A stretch of DNA of 64,000 bases from an uncultured bacterium (GCA_965368975.1 CBDUPA010000020.1:1-64000); one strand, 5' to 3'; counted from the stretch's first letter, positions 30,187 to 43,045 are shown. Notes: a model not told the origin generated them from the sequence alone. Numbers and translations: made by a program.

Positions 30187-31069
30187 CTTGGATCTGAAGG
30201 TCTCCCGCCCGCGCCTTGGCTACCACCGACTGATGCTCACACTGGTGCTGATCTTGGCTCTGCTGCCTTTGTCTACAGTGGCTCAGGTCGAGTCGAAGAA
30301 CCGCGTCGGTGCTGGTGCAGCCGCGACCGAGCTGCCCGAGCAGCTGAGGGAAGTGGGCTTCGACCAACGCCTCGGTGCGCAAGTGCCCCTTGATGTCGAG
30401 TTCCTCGACGAGAAGGGGAACGTGGTCACTCTCGGTGACTACGTTCAGGAACGACCGGTCATTCTGGCGCCCGTCTACTACGAGTGCCCCATGCTCTGCC
30501 AGCTGATCCTGAGTGGAATCAGCGGCAGCCTCAAGGGGCTCGCTTTCAACGTGGGCACAGAGTTCGACGTGGTGACCGTGAGCTTCGACCCAGACGAGAC
30601 GCCCGAGATCGCGGCGGCGGCCAAAGAGCGGACACTCAGTCGCTACGGCCGCCCGGACACTGAGGGCGGCTGGCACTTCCTGACGGGAGAGCAAGAAGCC
30701 ATTCAACAGGTAACGGAGGCTATTGGCTTCTCGTACACCTACGACCCGGAACGTGACGAATTCGCTCATTCCGCTGGAATCGTGGTGCTGACCAAGGAAG
30801 GCAAGGCCGCTCGCTACCTCTACGGCGTCGAGTACGCGCCGCGAGATCTGCGCCTGGCCCTGGTGGAAGCTGCAGACAACCAGATCGGCTCGCTTGTCGA
30901 TTCGGTTCTCTTGTTCTGCTTCCACTACGATCCGGCGACCGGCAAGTACAGCACGGCGGTTCTCAACTTGATCCGCCTGGGCGGTGTCATCACCGTGCTG
31001 GTCATCGGCTTCCTGATGGTCGCCACATTCCGGCGAGACAAGAAACAGAGCGCCCTAAGGACGGTATAA
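30167..31069 (+). CDS. SCO-family copper chaperone
   Basis: YYECPMLC, WHFLTG, FAHSA, YLYGVEY; C-terminal TM; start uncertain. Confidence 0.88.
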   Translation: MATELPDLDLKVSRPRLGYHRLMLTLVLILALLPLSTVAQVESKNRVGAGAAATELPEQLREVGFDQRLGAQVPLDVEFLDEKGNVVTLGDYVQERPVILAPVYYECPMLCQLILSGISGSLKGLAFNVGTEFDVVTVSFDPDETPEIAAAAKERTLSRYGRPDTEGGWHFLTGEQEAIQQVTEAIGFSYTYDPERDEFAHSAGIVVLTKEGKAARYLYGVEYAPRDLRLALVEAADNQIGSLVDSVLLFCFHYDPATGKYSTAVLNLIRLGGVITVLVIGFLMVATFRRDKKQSALRTV

Positions 31070-31073
31070 TCAG

Positions 31074-32108
31074 ATGTCTTCCTACGAAATTCCGCTATTT
31101 CCCGAACAAGCGTCGACCGTCGCAGCAGAGGTGGATGCGCTCTATCTCTTCACTGTGGGATTGAGCCTCTTCTTCTCGGTGCTCATCTTCGGCTTGGTCA
31201 TCTACCTGGGCTACCGGTTCCGGCGTAAGTCTCCCAACGAGCGTGGTACTTACACGAAGTCCGTGGCGTTGGAAGTGGTGTGGACCGTCATCCCGCTCTG
31301 CATCTTGATGTTCCTCTTCTTCTGGGGAACAAAGGTCTTCTACACCCTGTCACGGCCACCTGCGGATGCCGCCGAGTTCTACGTCGTCGGTAAGCAGTGG
31401 ATGTGGAAGGTGCAGCACCCGGAAGGAAATCGGGAGATCAACGACCTCCACGTGCCCTTGGGACGACCGATCAAGCTCACAATGACCTCTGAAGACGTCA
31501 TTCACAGCTACTTTATCCCTGCCTTCCGTGTGAAGGCGGATGTGCTCCCGGGGCGTTACACGACGGTTTGGTTCGAGGCGACCAAGCCTGGCGTCTACCA
31601 CATCTTCTGTGCCGAGTACTGCGGTGTCGAGCACTCGCAGATGATCGGCAAGGTGTACGTGATGGAGCCCGCGGAGTACGAGGCGTGGTTGGACGGCCGT
31701 CAACTTGGCCGACCGATGACGGCCTCGGGCGAGGAGCTGTTCACCAACCTGGCTTGTATCACCTGCCACCGGGGGGATGATACGGCTCGCGGACCGGTCT
31801 TGGCGGGGCTGGATGGCGGCGAAGTGCTGCTGCGTGGTGGGCGGACGGTCACGCGAGATGACAACTACTTGCGCCAGGCGATCCTGAACCCTGAAGCCCA
31901 CCTGGTCGATGGCTACGATCCGTTGATGCCTTCGTACCAGGGGCAGATCACCGAAGAGCAGCTGATGCAGCTGATTCGCTACCTGAAAGAGATAGACCAG
32001 ACCGGCGGCGCCGATGCTCAGTCGCAAGCCGACGCAGTCGATCAGGGGGTCGCGCCGCAGTCTGAGGCGGCGGAATCAACCACGAGCGGTGCGGGCGCAG
32101 CGCACTAA
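31074..32108 (+). CDS. coxB: Cytochrome c oxidase subunit II with fused cytochrome c (caa3 type)
   Basis: EVVWTVIP, KQWMW, DVIHSY, CAEYCGVEHSQM (CuA), C-terminal CITCH...MPSY. Confidence 0.95.
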   Translation: MSSYEIPLFPEQASTVAAEVDALYLFTVGLSLFFSVLIFGLVIYLGYRFRRKSPNERGTYTKSVALEVVWTVIPLCILMFLFFWGTKVFYTLSRPPADAAEFYVVGKQWMWKVQHPEGNREINDLHVPLGRPIKLTMTSEDVIHSYFIPAFRVKADVLPGRYTTVWFEATKPGVYHIFCAEYCGVEHSQMIGKVYVMEPAEYEAWLDGRQLGRPMTASGEELFTNLACITCHRGDDTARGPVLAGLDGGEVLLRGGRTVTRDDNYLRQAILNPEAHLVDGYDPLMPSYQGQITEEQLMQLIRYLKEIDQTGGADAQSQADAVDQGVAPQSEAAESTTSGAGAAH

Positions 32109-32147
32109 GCGTGACCGCTACGAGCATGCACCAAAGGTAAATGAGAC

Positions 32148-33785
32148 ATGAGCCAGACGCATACAGCTGAAGCCCCCAAGAACTACCTGAACCATGAGCA
32201 CGGGTTGAAGTCTTGGCTGCTGACGTTAGACCACAAGCGCATCGGACTGCTGTACCTGTTCGGGGTGACCTTCTTCTTCTGTCTCGGCGGCATCTTGGCC
32301 AGCCTGATTCGGGTCGAGCTGTTGACGCCCGCCGGAGACTTTGTGACGACCGACGTCTACAACCGGTTGTTCACGATGCACGGCATCGTGATGGTCTTCT
32401 TCGTCTTGATTCCCATCATCCCGGGCATCATCGGCAACTTCGTGTTGCCCTTGATGATCGGAGCCAAGGATGTCGCGTTCCCCCGCTTGAATCTGGCTAG
32501 CTGGTACATCTATATGATCGGCGGCCTGTTTACCCTCTGGGTGATGTTCAGCGGTGGTGTCGACACGGGTTGGACCTTCTACACACCGTTCAGCACGGTG
32601 TATTCGAATTCTCAGGTGATCGTGGCGGGCGTCGGTATCTTCATCACCGGCTTCTCCTCGATTCTGACCGGCATCAACTTCATGGTGACCATTCACCGTA
32701 TGCGGGCTCCGGGGCTGACTTGGTTCCGCTTGCCGCTCTTCGTATGGGGCCATTACGCCACCGCGTTGATCATGGTGTTGGGTACGCCGGTTGTCGCCAT
32801 CACGGTCTTGCTGCTGGCGCTCGAGCGCGGCTTCCATCTGGGTATCTTCGACCCGGCCCTCGGTGGAGACCCGGTGCTCTTCCAGCACCTGTTCTGGTTC
32901 TATTCCCACCCTGCTGTCTACATCATGATCCTGCCCGGAATGGGTGTGATCAGTGAGGTCGTCACAGCCTTCTCGCGCAAGCGGATCTTCGGCTACGAAT
33001 TCGTGGCGTTCTCCAGCCTCGGTATCGCTATTCTGGGCTTCTTGGTCTGGGGACACCACATGTTCGTGACCGGCCAGTCTGTCTACGCGAGTACCGTGTT
33101 CTCCGTCCTGACCATGCTGGTGGCCGTGCCGTCCGCGATCAAGGTCTTCAACTGGACGGCGACGATGTACAAGGGCTCGATCCAGTGGGATACGCCGATG
33201 TTCTATGCGTTGGCTTTCTTCGGCCTGTTCGCGATCGGCGGTCTCACCGGCGTGATGCTAGCCACCATGGGAATCGACGTGCACGTCCACGACACCTACT
33301 TCGTTGTGTCCCACTTTCACTACGTCATGGTGGGAGGGGCGATCACGGCGTTTATGGCGGGCATCCACTTCTGGTGGCCGAAGATGTTCGGCCGTATGTA
33401 CTCGGCCCTGTGGGCAAAGGTCGCGGCCGTGTTGATCTTCTTGGGCTTCAACTTGACCTTCTTCCCGCAGTTCGTGCTGGGCTACATGGGTATGCCCCGC
33501 CGTTACCATGCATATCCGGAAGAGTTCCAGGTACTGAACGTCCTGTCGTCAGCCGGTGCAACCACCTTGGCGCTTGGTTTCATCATGCCCTTGGTCTACT
33601 TCAGCTACTCGCTGATGTTCGGGCCGAAGGCCAGCGCCAATCCATGGGGCGCCCGTGGCCTTGAGTGGGAAGCGGCGGACTCTCCGCCAGACCCGCACAA
33701 CTTCCACGAGACGCCAACTGTTACCCACGAAGCCTACGACTACGACACCATGGACTATCCGGTGAAGGAGGCCAAAGTTGTCTGA
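32148..33785 (+). CDS. coxA: Cytochrome c oxidase subunit I, type A2
   Basis: [21 protein letters not shown] (YS motif marks A2), [24 protein letters not shown]. Confidence 0.97.
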   Translation: MSQTHTAEAPKNYLNHEHGLKSWLLTLDHKRIGLLYLFGVTFFFCLGGILASLIRVELLTPAGDFVTTDVYNRLFTMHGIVMVFFVLIPIIPGIIGNFVLPLMIGAKDVAFPRLNLASWYIYMIGGLFTLWVMFSGGVDTGWTFYTPFSTVYSNSQVIVAGVGIFITGFSSILTGINFMVTIHRMRAPGLTWFRLPLFVWGHYATALIMVLGTPVVAITVLLLALERGFHLGIFDPALGGDPVLFQHLFWFYSHPAVYIMILPGMGVISEVVTAFSRKRIFGYEFVAFSSLGIAILGFLVWGHHMFVTGQSVYASTVFSVLTMLVAVPSAIKVFNWTATMYKGSIQWDTPMFYALAFFGLFAIGGLTGVMLATMGIDVHVHDTYFVVSHFHYVMVGGAITAFMAGIHFWWPKMFGRMYSALWAKVAAVLIFLGFNLTFFPQFVLGYMGMPRRYHAYPEEFQVLNVLSSAGATTLALGFIMPLVYFSYSLMFGPKASANPWGARGLEWEAADSPPDPHNFHETPTVTHEAYDYDTMDYPVKEAKVV

Positions 33786-34446
33786 CGCAGCCGCGGTCGC
33801 GCATCCCAACCTTCAGCATCACTTCGAGAGTTACGATCAGCAGCGTGAATCCGCCACGCTCGGCATGTGGCTCTTCGTGGCCCAAGAGATCATGTTCTTT
33901 GGTGGCTTGTTCACCGCTTACGTGGTCCTCCGGCTTCGCCATCCCGAGGCCTTTGCGCTCGCCAGCAACCAGCTAGACGTGACTCTCGGTGGTATCAATA
34001 CCGCCGTGCTGATTCTGAGTAGCTTCACGATGGCCATGGCGGTTCGAGATTCCATGCTGGGCAAGGGCAGGCGTTGCGCTGGCTTCTTGGTCGGCACCAT
34101 CGCCCTTGGCTTGGTCTTCGTCGGGATCAAGGCTGTCGAGTACAGCCATAAGTTCCACGAGCATCTGGTTCCCGGACCCAATTTCCAGTTCCGCGCTGCC
34201 CCTGAATATGCGCAAGGAGCCGAGGCGTTCTTCTCGGTCTACTTCGCCATGACGGGTTTGCACGCGCTGCACATGATCATCGGCGTCGGTGTTGTCGCCT
34301 GGCTGTTGAAGCCAGCCCTGAACGGGGTCTTCAACGCCGATTACCACAATCCGGTCGAATGTGTGGGCCTCTACTGGCACTTTGTGGATATCGTCTGGAT
34401 CTTCCTCTTCCCCCTGCTCTACTTGCTGGGCTTCCACTTCCACTGA
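33778..34446 (+). CDS. coxC: Cytochrome c oxidase subunit III
   Basis: [36 protein letters not shown]. Confidence 0.95.
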   Translation: MSDAAAVAHPNLQHHFESYDQQRESATLGMWLFVAQEIMFFGGLFTAYVVLRLRHPEAFALASNQLDVTLGGINTAVLILSSFTMAMAVRDSMLGKGRRCAGFLVGTIALGLVFVGIKAVEYSHKFHEHLVPGPNFQFRAAPEYAQGAEAFFSVYFAMTGLHALHMIIGVGVVAWLLKPALNGVFNADYHNPVECVGLYWHFVDIVWIFLFPLLYLLGFHFH

Positions 34447-34455
34447 TCCGAGGAG

Positions 34456-34764
34456 ATGAGCACAGTGTCCCTACACGTCGTTCCCGTTCGAGTCTATGCA
34501 GCCATTCTCACCGCCCTGGTCGTCCTGACCCTGGTGACGGTCTGGGTGGCGTACTTCGACTTCGGTGCTCTCAACAACGTGGTCGCCATGAGCATCGCCT
34601 TGTTCAAGGCTACGCTGGTGGTCATGTTCTTCATGCACGTGAAGTACGGCACGAAGTTGGTGAAGGTGATCGTGGGATCGAGTATGGTCTGGCTGGTGAT
34701 CCTGTTCGCCTTCACGCTGCAGGATTACCTGACACGCGAGTTGTTCGGCGTCCTTGGCAAGTAG
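34456..34764 (+). CDS. Cytochrome c oxidase subunit IV (prokaryotic, caa3 type)
   Basis: Three TM helices, KATLVVMFFMHVKY. Confidence 0.88.
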   Translation: MSTVSLHVVPVRVYAAILTALVVLTLVTVWVAYFDFGALNNVVAMSIALFKATLVVMFFMHVKYGTKLVKVIVGSSMVWLVILFAFTLQDYLTRELFGVLGK

Positions 34765-34794
34765 CCTGACGCGGTTCACGAAGGCTTCAGGTAC

Positions 34795-35370
34795 TTGAGA
34801 GCCAACGAAAGCCTCCTCGACCTCGTGCTCGAAGCACAGGTTCTGGATCGGGTACCCCGTAGCGGCTACTGCCTGCGCGGGGTTCCTGAGCCCGAGAGTG
34901 TGACCGAGCACAGCTGGCACGTGGTGTTCCTGGTGTGGCTGCTGGGCCGCCGTTGTGAAGGCGTGGATGTTCCCAGGGCCATCCAGATCGCGCTGATCCA
35001 CGACTTGGCCGAGATGCGTCTTGGGGACTTGCCGCGGACTGCATCTCGCTACCTGTCTGGTATGAAGAACCAGGCCGAGGCTGCGGCGATGGGCGAGATC
35101 CTGGCGCCCCTCACCGATACCGAGCGGGCCTTCTATACCGAGTACCAGCAAGGGGAGACACGCGAAGCGCGGCTGGTCAAGGCCTGCGACAAGCTGCAGT
35201 TGATGCTGAAGGTCTTTACCTATGAAGCGTGGGGCAGTGGAGGTGGCCTGCGGGAGTTCTGGGACAATCCCGACAACTTCCCGAACGGTGACTTCGAGCC
35301 CGTGCGCATCTTGTTTGCAGCCTTGCTCGAGCGTCGCGGCATCAAGTCCCCTCCAGCGCCCGCCGCTTGA
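34795..35370 (+). CDS. HD-domain phosphohydrolase (YfbR/HDDC2-like)
   Basis: PRSGY...ESVTEHSW, LIHDLAE...GD.P, EARLVKACDKLQ. Confidence 0.85.
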   Translation: MRANESLLDLVLEAQVLDRVPRSGYCLRGVPEPESVTEHSWHVVFLVWLLGRRCEGVDVPRAIQIALIHDLAEMRLGDLPRTASRYLSGMKNQAEAAAMGEILAPLTDTERAFYTEYQQGETREARLVKACDKLQLMLKVFTYEAWGSGGGLREFWDNPDNFPNGDFEPVRILFAALLERRGIKSPPAPAA

Positions 35371-35467
35371 CCGTCGATTGCCGGCTTGGCGGTTCCCTGA
35401 GGGCACTGAGAGCACCGTGCTGCTCGAACCTGTTCGGGGTTCTCTCAGCCTGCTAGCATGAGGAACG

Positions 35468-36361
35468 ATGATCCGAGACGCTAAACCCACGCTGTGGACA
35501 GATTTGATGGAGCTGATGCGCATCCGGCTCAACATTCTGTCCTTGACCACGACGGCGGTAGGTTTCCTGCTCGCCAGCGGGTGGCCCCTGATGTTTGGCC
35601 GGCTCTGCCACACACTGGTGGCAACCGCATTGGTGGCGGCCGGCTCGTCGGTGCTCAATCAGGTCATGGAGCGGCGGGCGGATGCCCAGATGCCGCGAAC
35701 CGCCAACCGTCCCTTGCCGACGGGGCGCATGCGACCAGATGTTGCTCTGATCTTGGGAGCACTGCTGTCCGCGGGTGGCATCGTCTACCTCTTGCTGGTC
35801 ATCAACCCCTTGACCGCCTTGCTGGCCAGCGCGACGCTCGCGATCTATCTCTTCGTCTACACCCCGCTCAAGCGAGTGAGTTCGCTGGCGACGGTGGTTG
35901 GGGCGATCCCAGGTGCCATTCCGCCGATGATGGGCTGGACGGCCGTGCGCGACAGCATTGACGCTCCTTCCTTGGTGCTCTTCGGCATTCTTTTCTTGTG
36001 GCAGATGCCTCACTTCTTGGCGATTGCCTGGATGTACCGCAGTGACTATGCGGGTGGAGGCATGCCGATGCTGTCTGTCGTCGCGCCAGAGAATCGAATG
36101 ACCGGGCGTCAGGCGGTGTTCTACGGTGGCACTTTGTTGCCGGTGAGTCTGTTGCCGACGGTCGTTGGTCTCAACGGATTGGGCTACCTGGTTGTCGCCG
36201 GTCTACTCAGCGTGACGTTCCTGGCCTTCGCCTTGATGTTTTTCTACGAGCATTCGGATCGGACCGCCCGGTGGTTGATGTTGGCCTCGGTGATCTACCT
36301 GCCTTTGCTCTTGACCGCGATGGTGGTTGACCGCTTCTGGTTTGTCGTAGCCGGGCCTTGA
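35468..36361 (+). CDS. ctaB: Protoheme IX farnesyltransferase (heme O synthase)
   Basis: NQVMERRADAQMPRTANRPLP, YTPLKR, GAIPGAIPP..GW, WQMPHFLA, DYAGGG.PM. Confidence 0.95.
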   Translation: MIRDAKPTLWTDLMELMRIRLNILSLTTTAVGFLLASGWPLMFGRLCHTLVATALVAAGSSVLNQVMERRADAQMPRTANRPLPTGRMRPDVALILGALLSAGGIVYLLLVINPLTALLASATLAIYLFVYTPLKRVSSLATVVGAIPGAIPPMMGWTAVRDSIDAPSLVLFGILFLWQMPHFLAIAWMYRSDYAGGGMPMLSVVAPENRMTGRQAVFYGGTLLPVSLLPTVVGLNGLGYLVVAGLLSVTFLAFALMFFYEHSDRTARWLMLASVIYLPLLLTAMVVDRFWFVVAGP

Positions 36362-36377
36362 CGTTCGCACGAGTCAG

Positions 36378-37025
36378 ATGAGCAACGAGACACCCGCCTC
36401 CGAGCCGGTCACCTTCCATCCATGGGTCTGGAGGTTGACCTGGCTGCTGGTCGTCGGCACGATGCTGACGGTTCTCGTGGTGTACTTGCGCCAGGAGCCG
36501 GCACACCCAGGCGGTCAAACCGAGTTGCAGGTCTACGGTCGGCTGCCTGACTTCGAGTTGACCAATCGTGATGGCGGGAGGGTGACCGGTGCCGACCTAG
36601 CGGGCCAGCCGTGGGTTGCGGACTTCATCTTCACGTCCTGTCAGATCAGCTGCCCGTTCTTGACTGCGGAGATGGCCAGACTGCAAGCGGCTCTGCCGGT
36701 AGACAGTAGGGTTCAGCTCGTGTCGTTCTCCGTCGATCCGGACAACGACACGCCGGAAGCGCTCCAGGAGTATGCGCAGCGCTATCAAGCGGGAGATCGT
36801 TGGTATTTCCTGACTGGTGCTCGCGAGGATCTGTACCGCCTGATCCGGGAGGGCTTCCAACTCGGTGTCGAGCCGGGGGCCGGAAGCGCCCGGGAGCCGA
36901 TCGTGCACAGCACGCGCTTTGTCCTGGTAGACAAAGAAGGCCTCATCCGGGGCTACTACGAGTCGACGGACCGGGCCGCGATGGCGAAGCTGCTGGCCGA
37001 CTTGGAGGTTCTCGAGGGACGGTGA
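36378..37025 (+). CDS. Second SCO/SenC-family copper chaperone
   Basis: N-terminal TM, FIFTSCQISCP, SVDP..DTP, HSTRFVLVD. Confidence 0.9.
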   Translation: MSNETPASEPVTFHPWVWRLTWLLVVGTMLTVLVVYLRQEPAHPGGQTELQVYGRLPDFELTNRDGGRVTGADLAGQPWVADFIFTSCQISCPFLTAEMARLQAALPVDSRVQLVSFSVDPDNDTPEALQEYAQRYQAGDRWYFLTGAREDLYRLIREGFQLGVEPGAGSAREPIVHSTRFVLVDKEGLIRGYYESTDRAAMAKLLADLEVLEGR

Positions 37026-37050
37026 CTTCGCCCGGCTGGGGAGTCCGCTT

Positions 37051-38439
37051 TCAGCCGATCTCTGCTTCGATCACCGTCGCCAAGCCTTGCGCCAGCTGCT
37101 CGACTCGGTCCTGGTCGGGGCCTTCGATCATGATGCGGGCCAATGGCTCGGTACCGCTGTAGCGCAGCACCAAGCGACCGTCTTCACCAAGATCCCTCTG
37201 CACACGTTCTGCTGCGGCTTGCACGGTAGGTAGGGTAGAGAGATCCGGCTTGCTGGCGACGCGGACGTTGAGCAGGATCTGCGGATAGCGACGGAAGCCG
37301 AGCAGATCCTGCGAAATCGGACGCCCACTACGGGCTCGAATCGCGCTGAGCTGGAGCGCGGTCAAAAGGCCGTCGCCGGTGGTACTCAGTTGCGTATCCA
37401 CGAGATGCCCGCTCTGTTCACCGCCCAGCCGCAATCCGTTGCGGCGCAGGGCATCGATCACCTGCCGGTCACCGACATCACAACGCTCGAGGGCGATGCC
37501 CTTGTCCAGCAGGGCGCGTTGTAGGCCGAGGTTGCTCATGGAGGTAGCGACGATGGCAGGAGGATCGAGCAGGCCGAGTGCTTGCAGCTCCAAGGCCCAA
37601 AGATAGAGCATGGCGTCGCCATCACGTACCCCTCCTTGCTCGTCGATCAAGATGGCGCGGTCTGCGTCACCATCGAAAGCGAAGCCGAGATCGCAGCCCC
37701 TGTCCGTGACTACGCGCGAAACCTCAGCGGGCTGGGTGGAGCCACAGTCCAGGTTGATGTTGCGTCCGTCTGGAGCCGCATGCAGCAACTCGACCTCGGC
37801 ACCGAGCGCACGAAACAGAGGCTCCGCAAAGGCTGAGGCGGCGCCATTGCCACAGTCGAGAGCAACGCGCAGGCCTTCCAGGCGGGTGGTGCCGAGGGAG
37901 CTGCGCAGCGCCGCCAGGTAGACTTCAACCGCCGCGTCGTCGATCGTCAGGCCCACGCTTGCCGTCGAGTCGAGAGGTGAGTCGCCCTGCAGTGTGCCGA
38001 GCAAGTGGTCTTCCAGCACAGCTTCCGACTCAGGAGGCCACTTGAAGCCCTGGCCGTCAAGAATCTTGATGCCATTGTCCGGATGAGGGTTGTGACTCGC
38101 CGAGACGGCGATGGCTGCGCCGATGGAGCCGTTGCTCCTGGCGGCCAGGTGGGCAACGGCAGGGGTCGGAACAACGCCGAGATACCGACAGTCCGCGCCG
38201 GCGTGGCGCAAGCCTCTCACCAGCCACGCGCACAGTGTCGGCGTGCTGTCGCGAGTGTCACCCCCCAAAGAGACGAGAGGAGCTCTTTGAACCTCTCCGG
38301 ACTCCTGGAGCAGCAGGCCGAGTTCATAGCCCAGCGTGGTGACCGTCGGTTCGTCCAGGGGAAAAGCCCCAAAGGGTCCACGGATGCCGTCCGTGCCGAA
38401 CAGGCGGGGTCTGCGCGATTCTGCACGGATATCAGCCAC
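37051..38439 (-). CDS. glmM: Phosphoglucosamine mutase
   Basis: FGTDGIRG, SASHNP, FDGDADR, GGEQSGH, TGDG, RYSGTEP. Confidence 0.95.
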   Translation of the reverse strand: MADIRAESRRPRLFGTDGIRGPFGAFPLDEPTVTTLGYELGLLLQESGEVQRAPLVSLGGDTRDSTPTLCAWLVRGLRHAGADCRYLGVVPTPAVAHLAARSNGSIGAAIAVSASHNPHPDNGIKILDGQGFKWPPESEAVLEDHLLGTLQGDSPLDSTASVGLTIDDAAVEVYLAALRSSLGTTRLEGLRVALDCGNGAASAFAEPLFRALGAEVELLHAAPDGRNINLDCGSTQPAEVSRVVTDRGCDLGFAFDGDADRAILIDEQGGVRDGDAMLYLWALELQALGLLDPPAIVATSMSNLGLQRALLDKGIALERCDVGDRQVIDALRRNGLRLGGEQSGHLVDTQLSTTGDGLLTALQLSAIRARSGRPISQDLLGFRRYPQILLNVRVASKPDLSTLPTVQAAAERVQRDLGEDGRLVLRYSGTEPLARIMIEGPDQDRVEQLAQGLATVIEAEIG

Positions 38440-39124
38440 GGGACTCGTTCTCCAGGGGGGGGGTATCGGGAAGGCTCGGGGGTTGAAGCTCGATCGCGAC
38501 CCGCACGCTCCTCGGCTGAGTCGTGACCAGGAGATTCTCGGGTCGCACCTCGACCTCTTCCGCGAAGCTGAGTGCGTGGCCGTCGAGATTGACCGCCGCG
38601 GTAGGTAAGGACGTGAGGGTTTCGAGGACAGAGCGTGGTCCAGTTGCCATCACCTGGCCGGGCTCTGTCTGATAGCTCATCAAGGTAGCGCCGGCAGCCG
38701 GCTCGCCGCTCAACTCGACGCGTAGCGGCAGCTGTCGCGATTCCACCTGATCCAGTGTCAGGCGAATCGATCCAGGCTCCACTGCCACCACTTCCAGGTC
38801 TCCAGGGATGAAGACGTTATCGTTACGCAGAGGCACATCCAGGCTACCGGGCTCGGTAACCTGCATCAGGTCGACCACCACGCCCACCATCTGTGGATTG
38901 AGGTTCTTGACGTCGTCTGTGCTGCCGCTCAGCCGCACATTGAGCGTCCGCGGTGGGTCAATCAAGATCAGATGGCCAGGGATGTCGAAGGTCAGGGCTG
39001 CTTCGACGACCCGGACACTCTGGTTCGCCGTGCGCTCCGTCGCTACCACCACCCACAAGATCCCAGCCAGCAGTAGGGAAACCAAGCGCAGGCCGATACG
39101 GGCTTTGCGTTCGTTCATACTCAC
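38432..39124 (-). CDS. cdaR: CdaR/YbbR-domain regulator of diadenylate cyclase
   Basis: N-terminal TM (SLLLAGILW), YbbR-like beta repeats; lies between cdaA and glmM. Confidence 0.8.
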   Translation of the reverse strand: MSMNERKARIGLRLVSLLLAGILWVVVATERTANQSVRVVEAALTFDIPGHLILIDPPRTLNVRLSGSTDDVKNLNPQMVGVVVDLMQVTEPGSLDVPLRNDNVFIPGDLEVVAVEPGSIRLTLDQVESRQLPLRVELSGEPAAGATLMSYQTEPGQVMATGPRSVLETLTSLPTAAVNLDGHALSFAEEVEVRPENLLVTTQPRSVRVAIELQPPSLPDTPPLENESRG

Positions 39125-39127
39125 GCT

Positions 39128-39925
39128 CTAGGTTGCCAACAGCCGCGTGCCGGGATGCCCGTAGAGGCTGGAGATTAGGTGGAGGTGGAGCTGATTGCGC
39201 AGGTCATTTGTGTCCAGGTTGCGAATCAGCCGCCCCTCGACGGCGACTGAGATCTGCCCCGTTTCCTCGGAGATCACGATCGCCACGGCATCGGTCTCCT
39301 CGGTGATCCCGAGTGCTGCTCGGTGGCGCGTTCCGAGTTCTTTGGACACTTCGGGATTCGGGCTCAGCGGCAGGAAGCACGCCGCCGCGGCGACTCGGTC
39401 TTCTTGCACGATCACGGCTCCATCGTGGAGGGGAGTTTCCGGGTGGAAAATGGTCACCAAGAGATCGAAGGAGAAGGCCGAGTCGAGCAAGATGCCGTTC
39501 TCGATGTACGGGCGAAGCCCTTCCTCGCGTTCCAGCACAATCAGAGCACCCGTATGGCGGGACGACAGCGCGTTGGCGGCGACGACAATTTCGTCGAAGA
39601 TCGAGGCTACTTGGCTCTGCTTGGACAAGCTCCACAGTCGGTTGCGTCCGAAGTTCGCTAGCGCTCGGCGGATCTCGGGCTGAAAGAGCACGATCACCGC
39701 TACCGGCAGCAGGATCGGGAGGTTGCCGAGCAGCAGCTTGAGTGTCGGAAGGTCCCCTACTTGGGCGAAGCCGAACAGGCCCAACAGCAGACCGATGCCG
39801 ACGAGCATATGGACTGCCCGGGTGCCGCGGATGAGCAGCAGTAGGTTGTAGATGAGGAACGCCACGACCAGGACGTCGATAAGATCCCAGGGCGTCACGG
39901 AGCGCCAGAGTTCAGCCAGGTTCAT
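39128..39925 (-). CDS. cdaA: Diadenylate cyclase CdaA/DacA
   Basis: Three N-terminal TM helices, FQPEIRRAL, PLHDGA and GTRHRAA catalytic motifs, SEETG. Confidence 0.93.
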   Translation of the reverse strand: MNLAELWRSVTPWDLIDVLVVAFLIYNLLLLIRGTRAVHMLVGIGLLLGLFGFAQVGDLPTLKLLLGNLPILLPVAVIVLFQPEIRRALANFGRNRLWSLSKQSQVASIFDEIVVAANALSSRHTGALIVLEREEGLRPYIENGILLDSAFSFDLLVTIFHPETPLHDGAVIVQEDRVAAAACFLPLSPNPEVSKELGTRHRAALGITEETDAVAIVISEETGQISVAVEGRLIRNLDTNDLRNQLHLHLISSLYGHPGTRLLAT

Positions 39926-40932
39926 GCCGGTTGAACTCCCGGCTCGACCTGTTGCTCGACCGGTGGCCTCGTGCCGACGGGATCCCTGTTGTCCGCGGCA
40001 AGGGTGCCAGCGTCGATGGCCTGCCAAACTTTCAAAAAGCGAGCGGTCTCAGCCACATCGTGGACGCGTAAGATCTCGACACCAAAGTGGGCGGCCCAGC
40101 CGGCCGTTGCCAGACTACCCTCCAGCCGCTGGCTCGGCGGTCTCGGCGTAGCTCCAGCTCCGGCAATCGCTTGGCCAATGAAGCTCTTGCGGCTGGTACC
40201 GAGCAGGATCGGACAGCCGAGTGTCCTCAGTTGTTCGAGCTCGCGAATCAACAGGAGGTTCTGCTCATAGGTCTTCCCGAACCCGATTCCGGGGTCGACA
40301 ATGACCTGCTCCTGGCTCACGCCCAGGGCCTTCGCGCGCCCGACCGCATCTGCGAGTTCGGCGCGTACCTCCTCGACCACGTCAGTGAAGTCGATCTGTC
40401 TTTGCATGGTCGCCAATGGACCGCGACTGTGCATCAGGACCAGCGGACAGCCCGTTTCGGCAACCACGCGCCCGAGCTCGTCATCACTCAGCAGGCTCAC
40501 GTCATTGATCAGATCGGCTCCCGCCAGCAGAGCAGCGCGCGCGACTGCACCCTTGCGCGTGTCGACCGAGAGAGGTGCGTCGGTGGCGGAGCGCAAGCGC
40601 TCCAGCACGGGTAGGAGTCGATCCAGCTCTTCCTGAACCCCAAGGGTGCGTGCACCATCGCCGTAGACGCCCCCGCCGGGGCGGGTGGACTCGGCCCCAA
40701 GATCGAGCAAGTCTGCACCCTGGTGCAGCATCTCGAGCCCGTGGGTCACGGCAGCATCCGGGTCCAGCCACTGTCCGCCATCGCTGAACGAGTCGGGGGT
40801 GATGTTCAGAATGCCCATCACTAGCGTCCGTTGCCCCAGCTCGAGGTGGCGCTGTCCCTGGGGGGAAGCGTCCTGGGTGCCTTCTCCGGAGAGGTAGCGC
40901 CAAGGCAAGGGGAGAGTGTGGGGCTCGTTCAT
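39922..40932 (-). CDS. folP: Dihydropteroate synthase
   Basis: MGILNITPDSFSDGG, GAESTRPG, SVDT, INDVS, DPGIGFGK, GTSRKSF, RVHDV. Confidence 0.95.
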   Translation of the reverse strand: MNEPHTLPLPWRYLSGEGTQDASPQGQRHLELGQRTLVMGILNITPDSFSDGGQWLDPDAAVTHGLEMLHQGADLLDLGAESTRPGGGVYGDGARTLGVQEELDRLLPVLERLRSATDAPLSVDTRKGAVARAALLAGADLINDVSLLSDDELGRVVAETGCPLVLMHSRGPLATMQRQIDFTDVVEEVRAELADAVGRAKALGVSQEQVIVDPGIGFGKTYEQNLLLIRELEQLRTLGCPILLGTSRKSFIGQAIAGAGATPRPPSQRLEGSLATAGWAAHFGVEILRVHDVAETARFLKVWQAIDAGTLAADNRDPVGTRPPVEQQVEPGVQPA

Positions 40933-41002
40933 GTTGCTCTGCATTCTACCGAACCCCGCACCCTCCCGGAGCCGCACCCGCGCGTTCGTTCACCGCCTGC
41001 CC

Positions 41003-43045
<2,043 letters not shown>

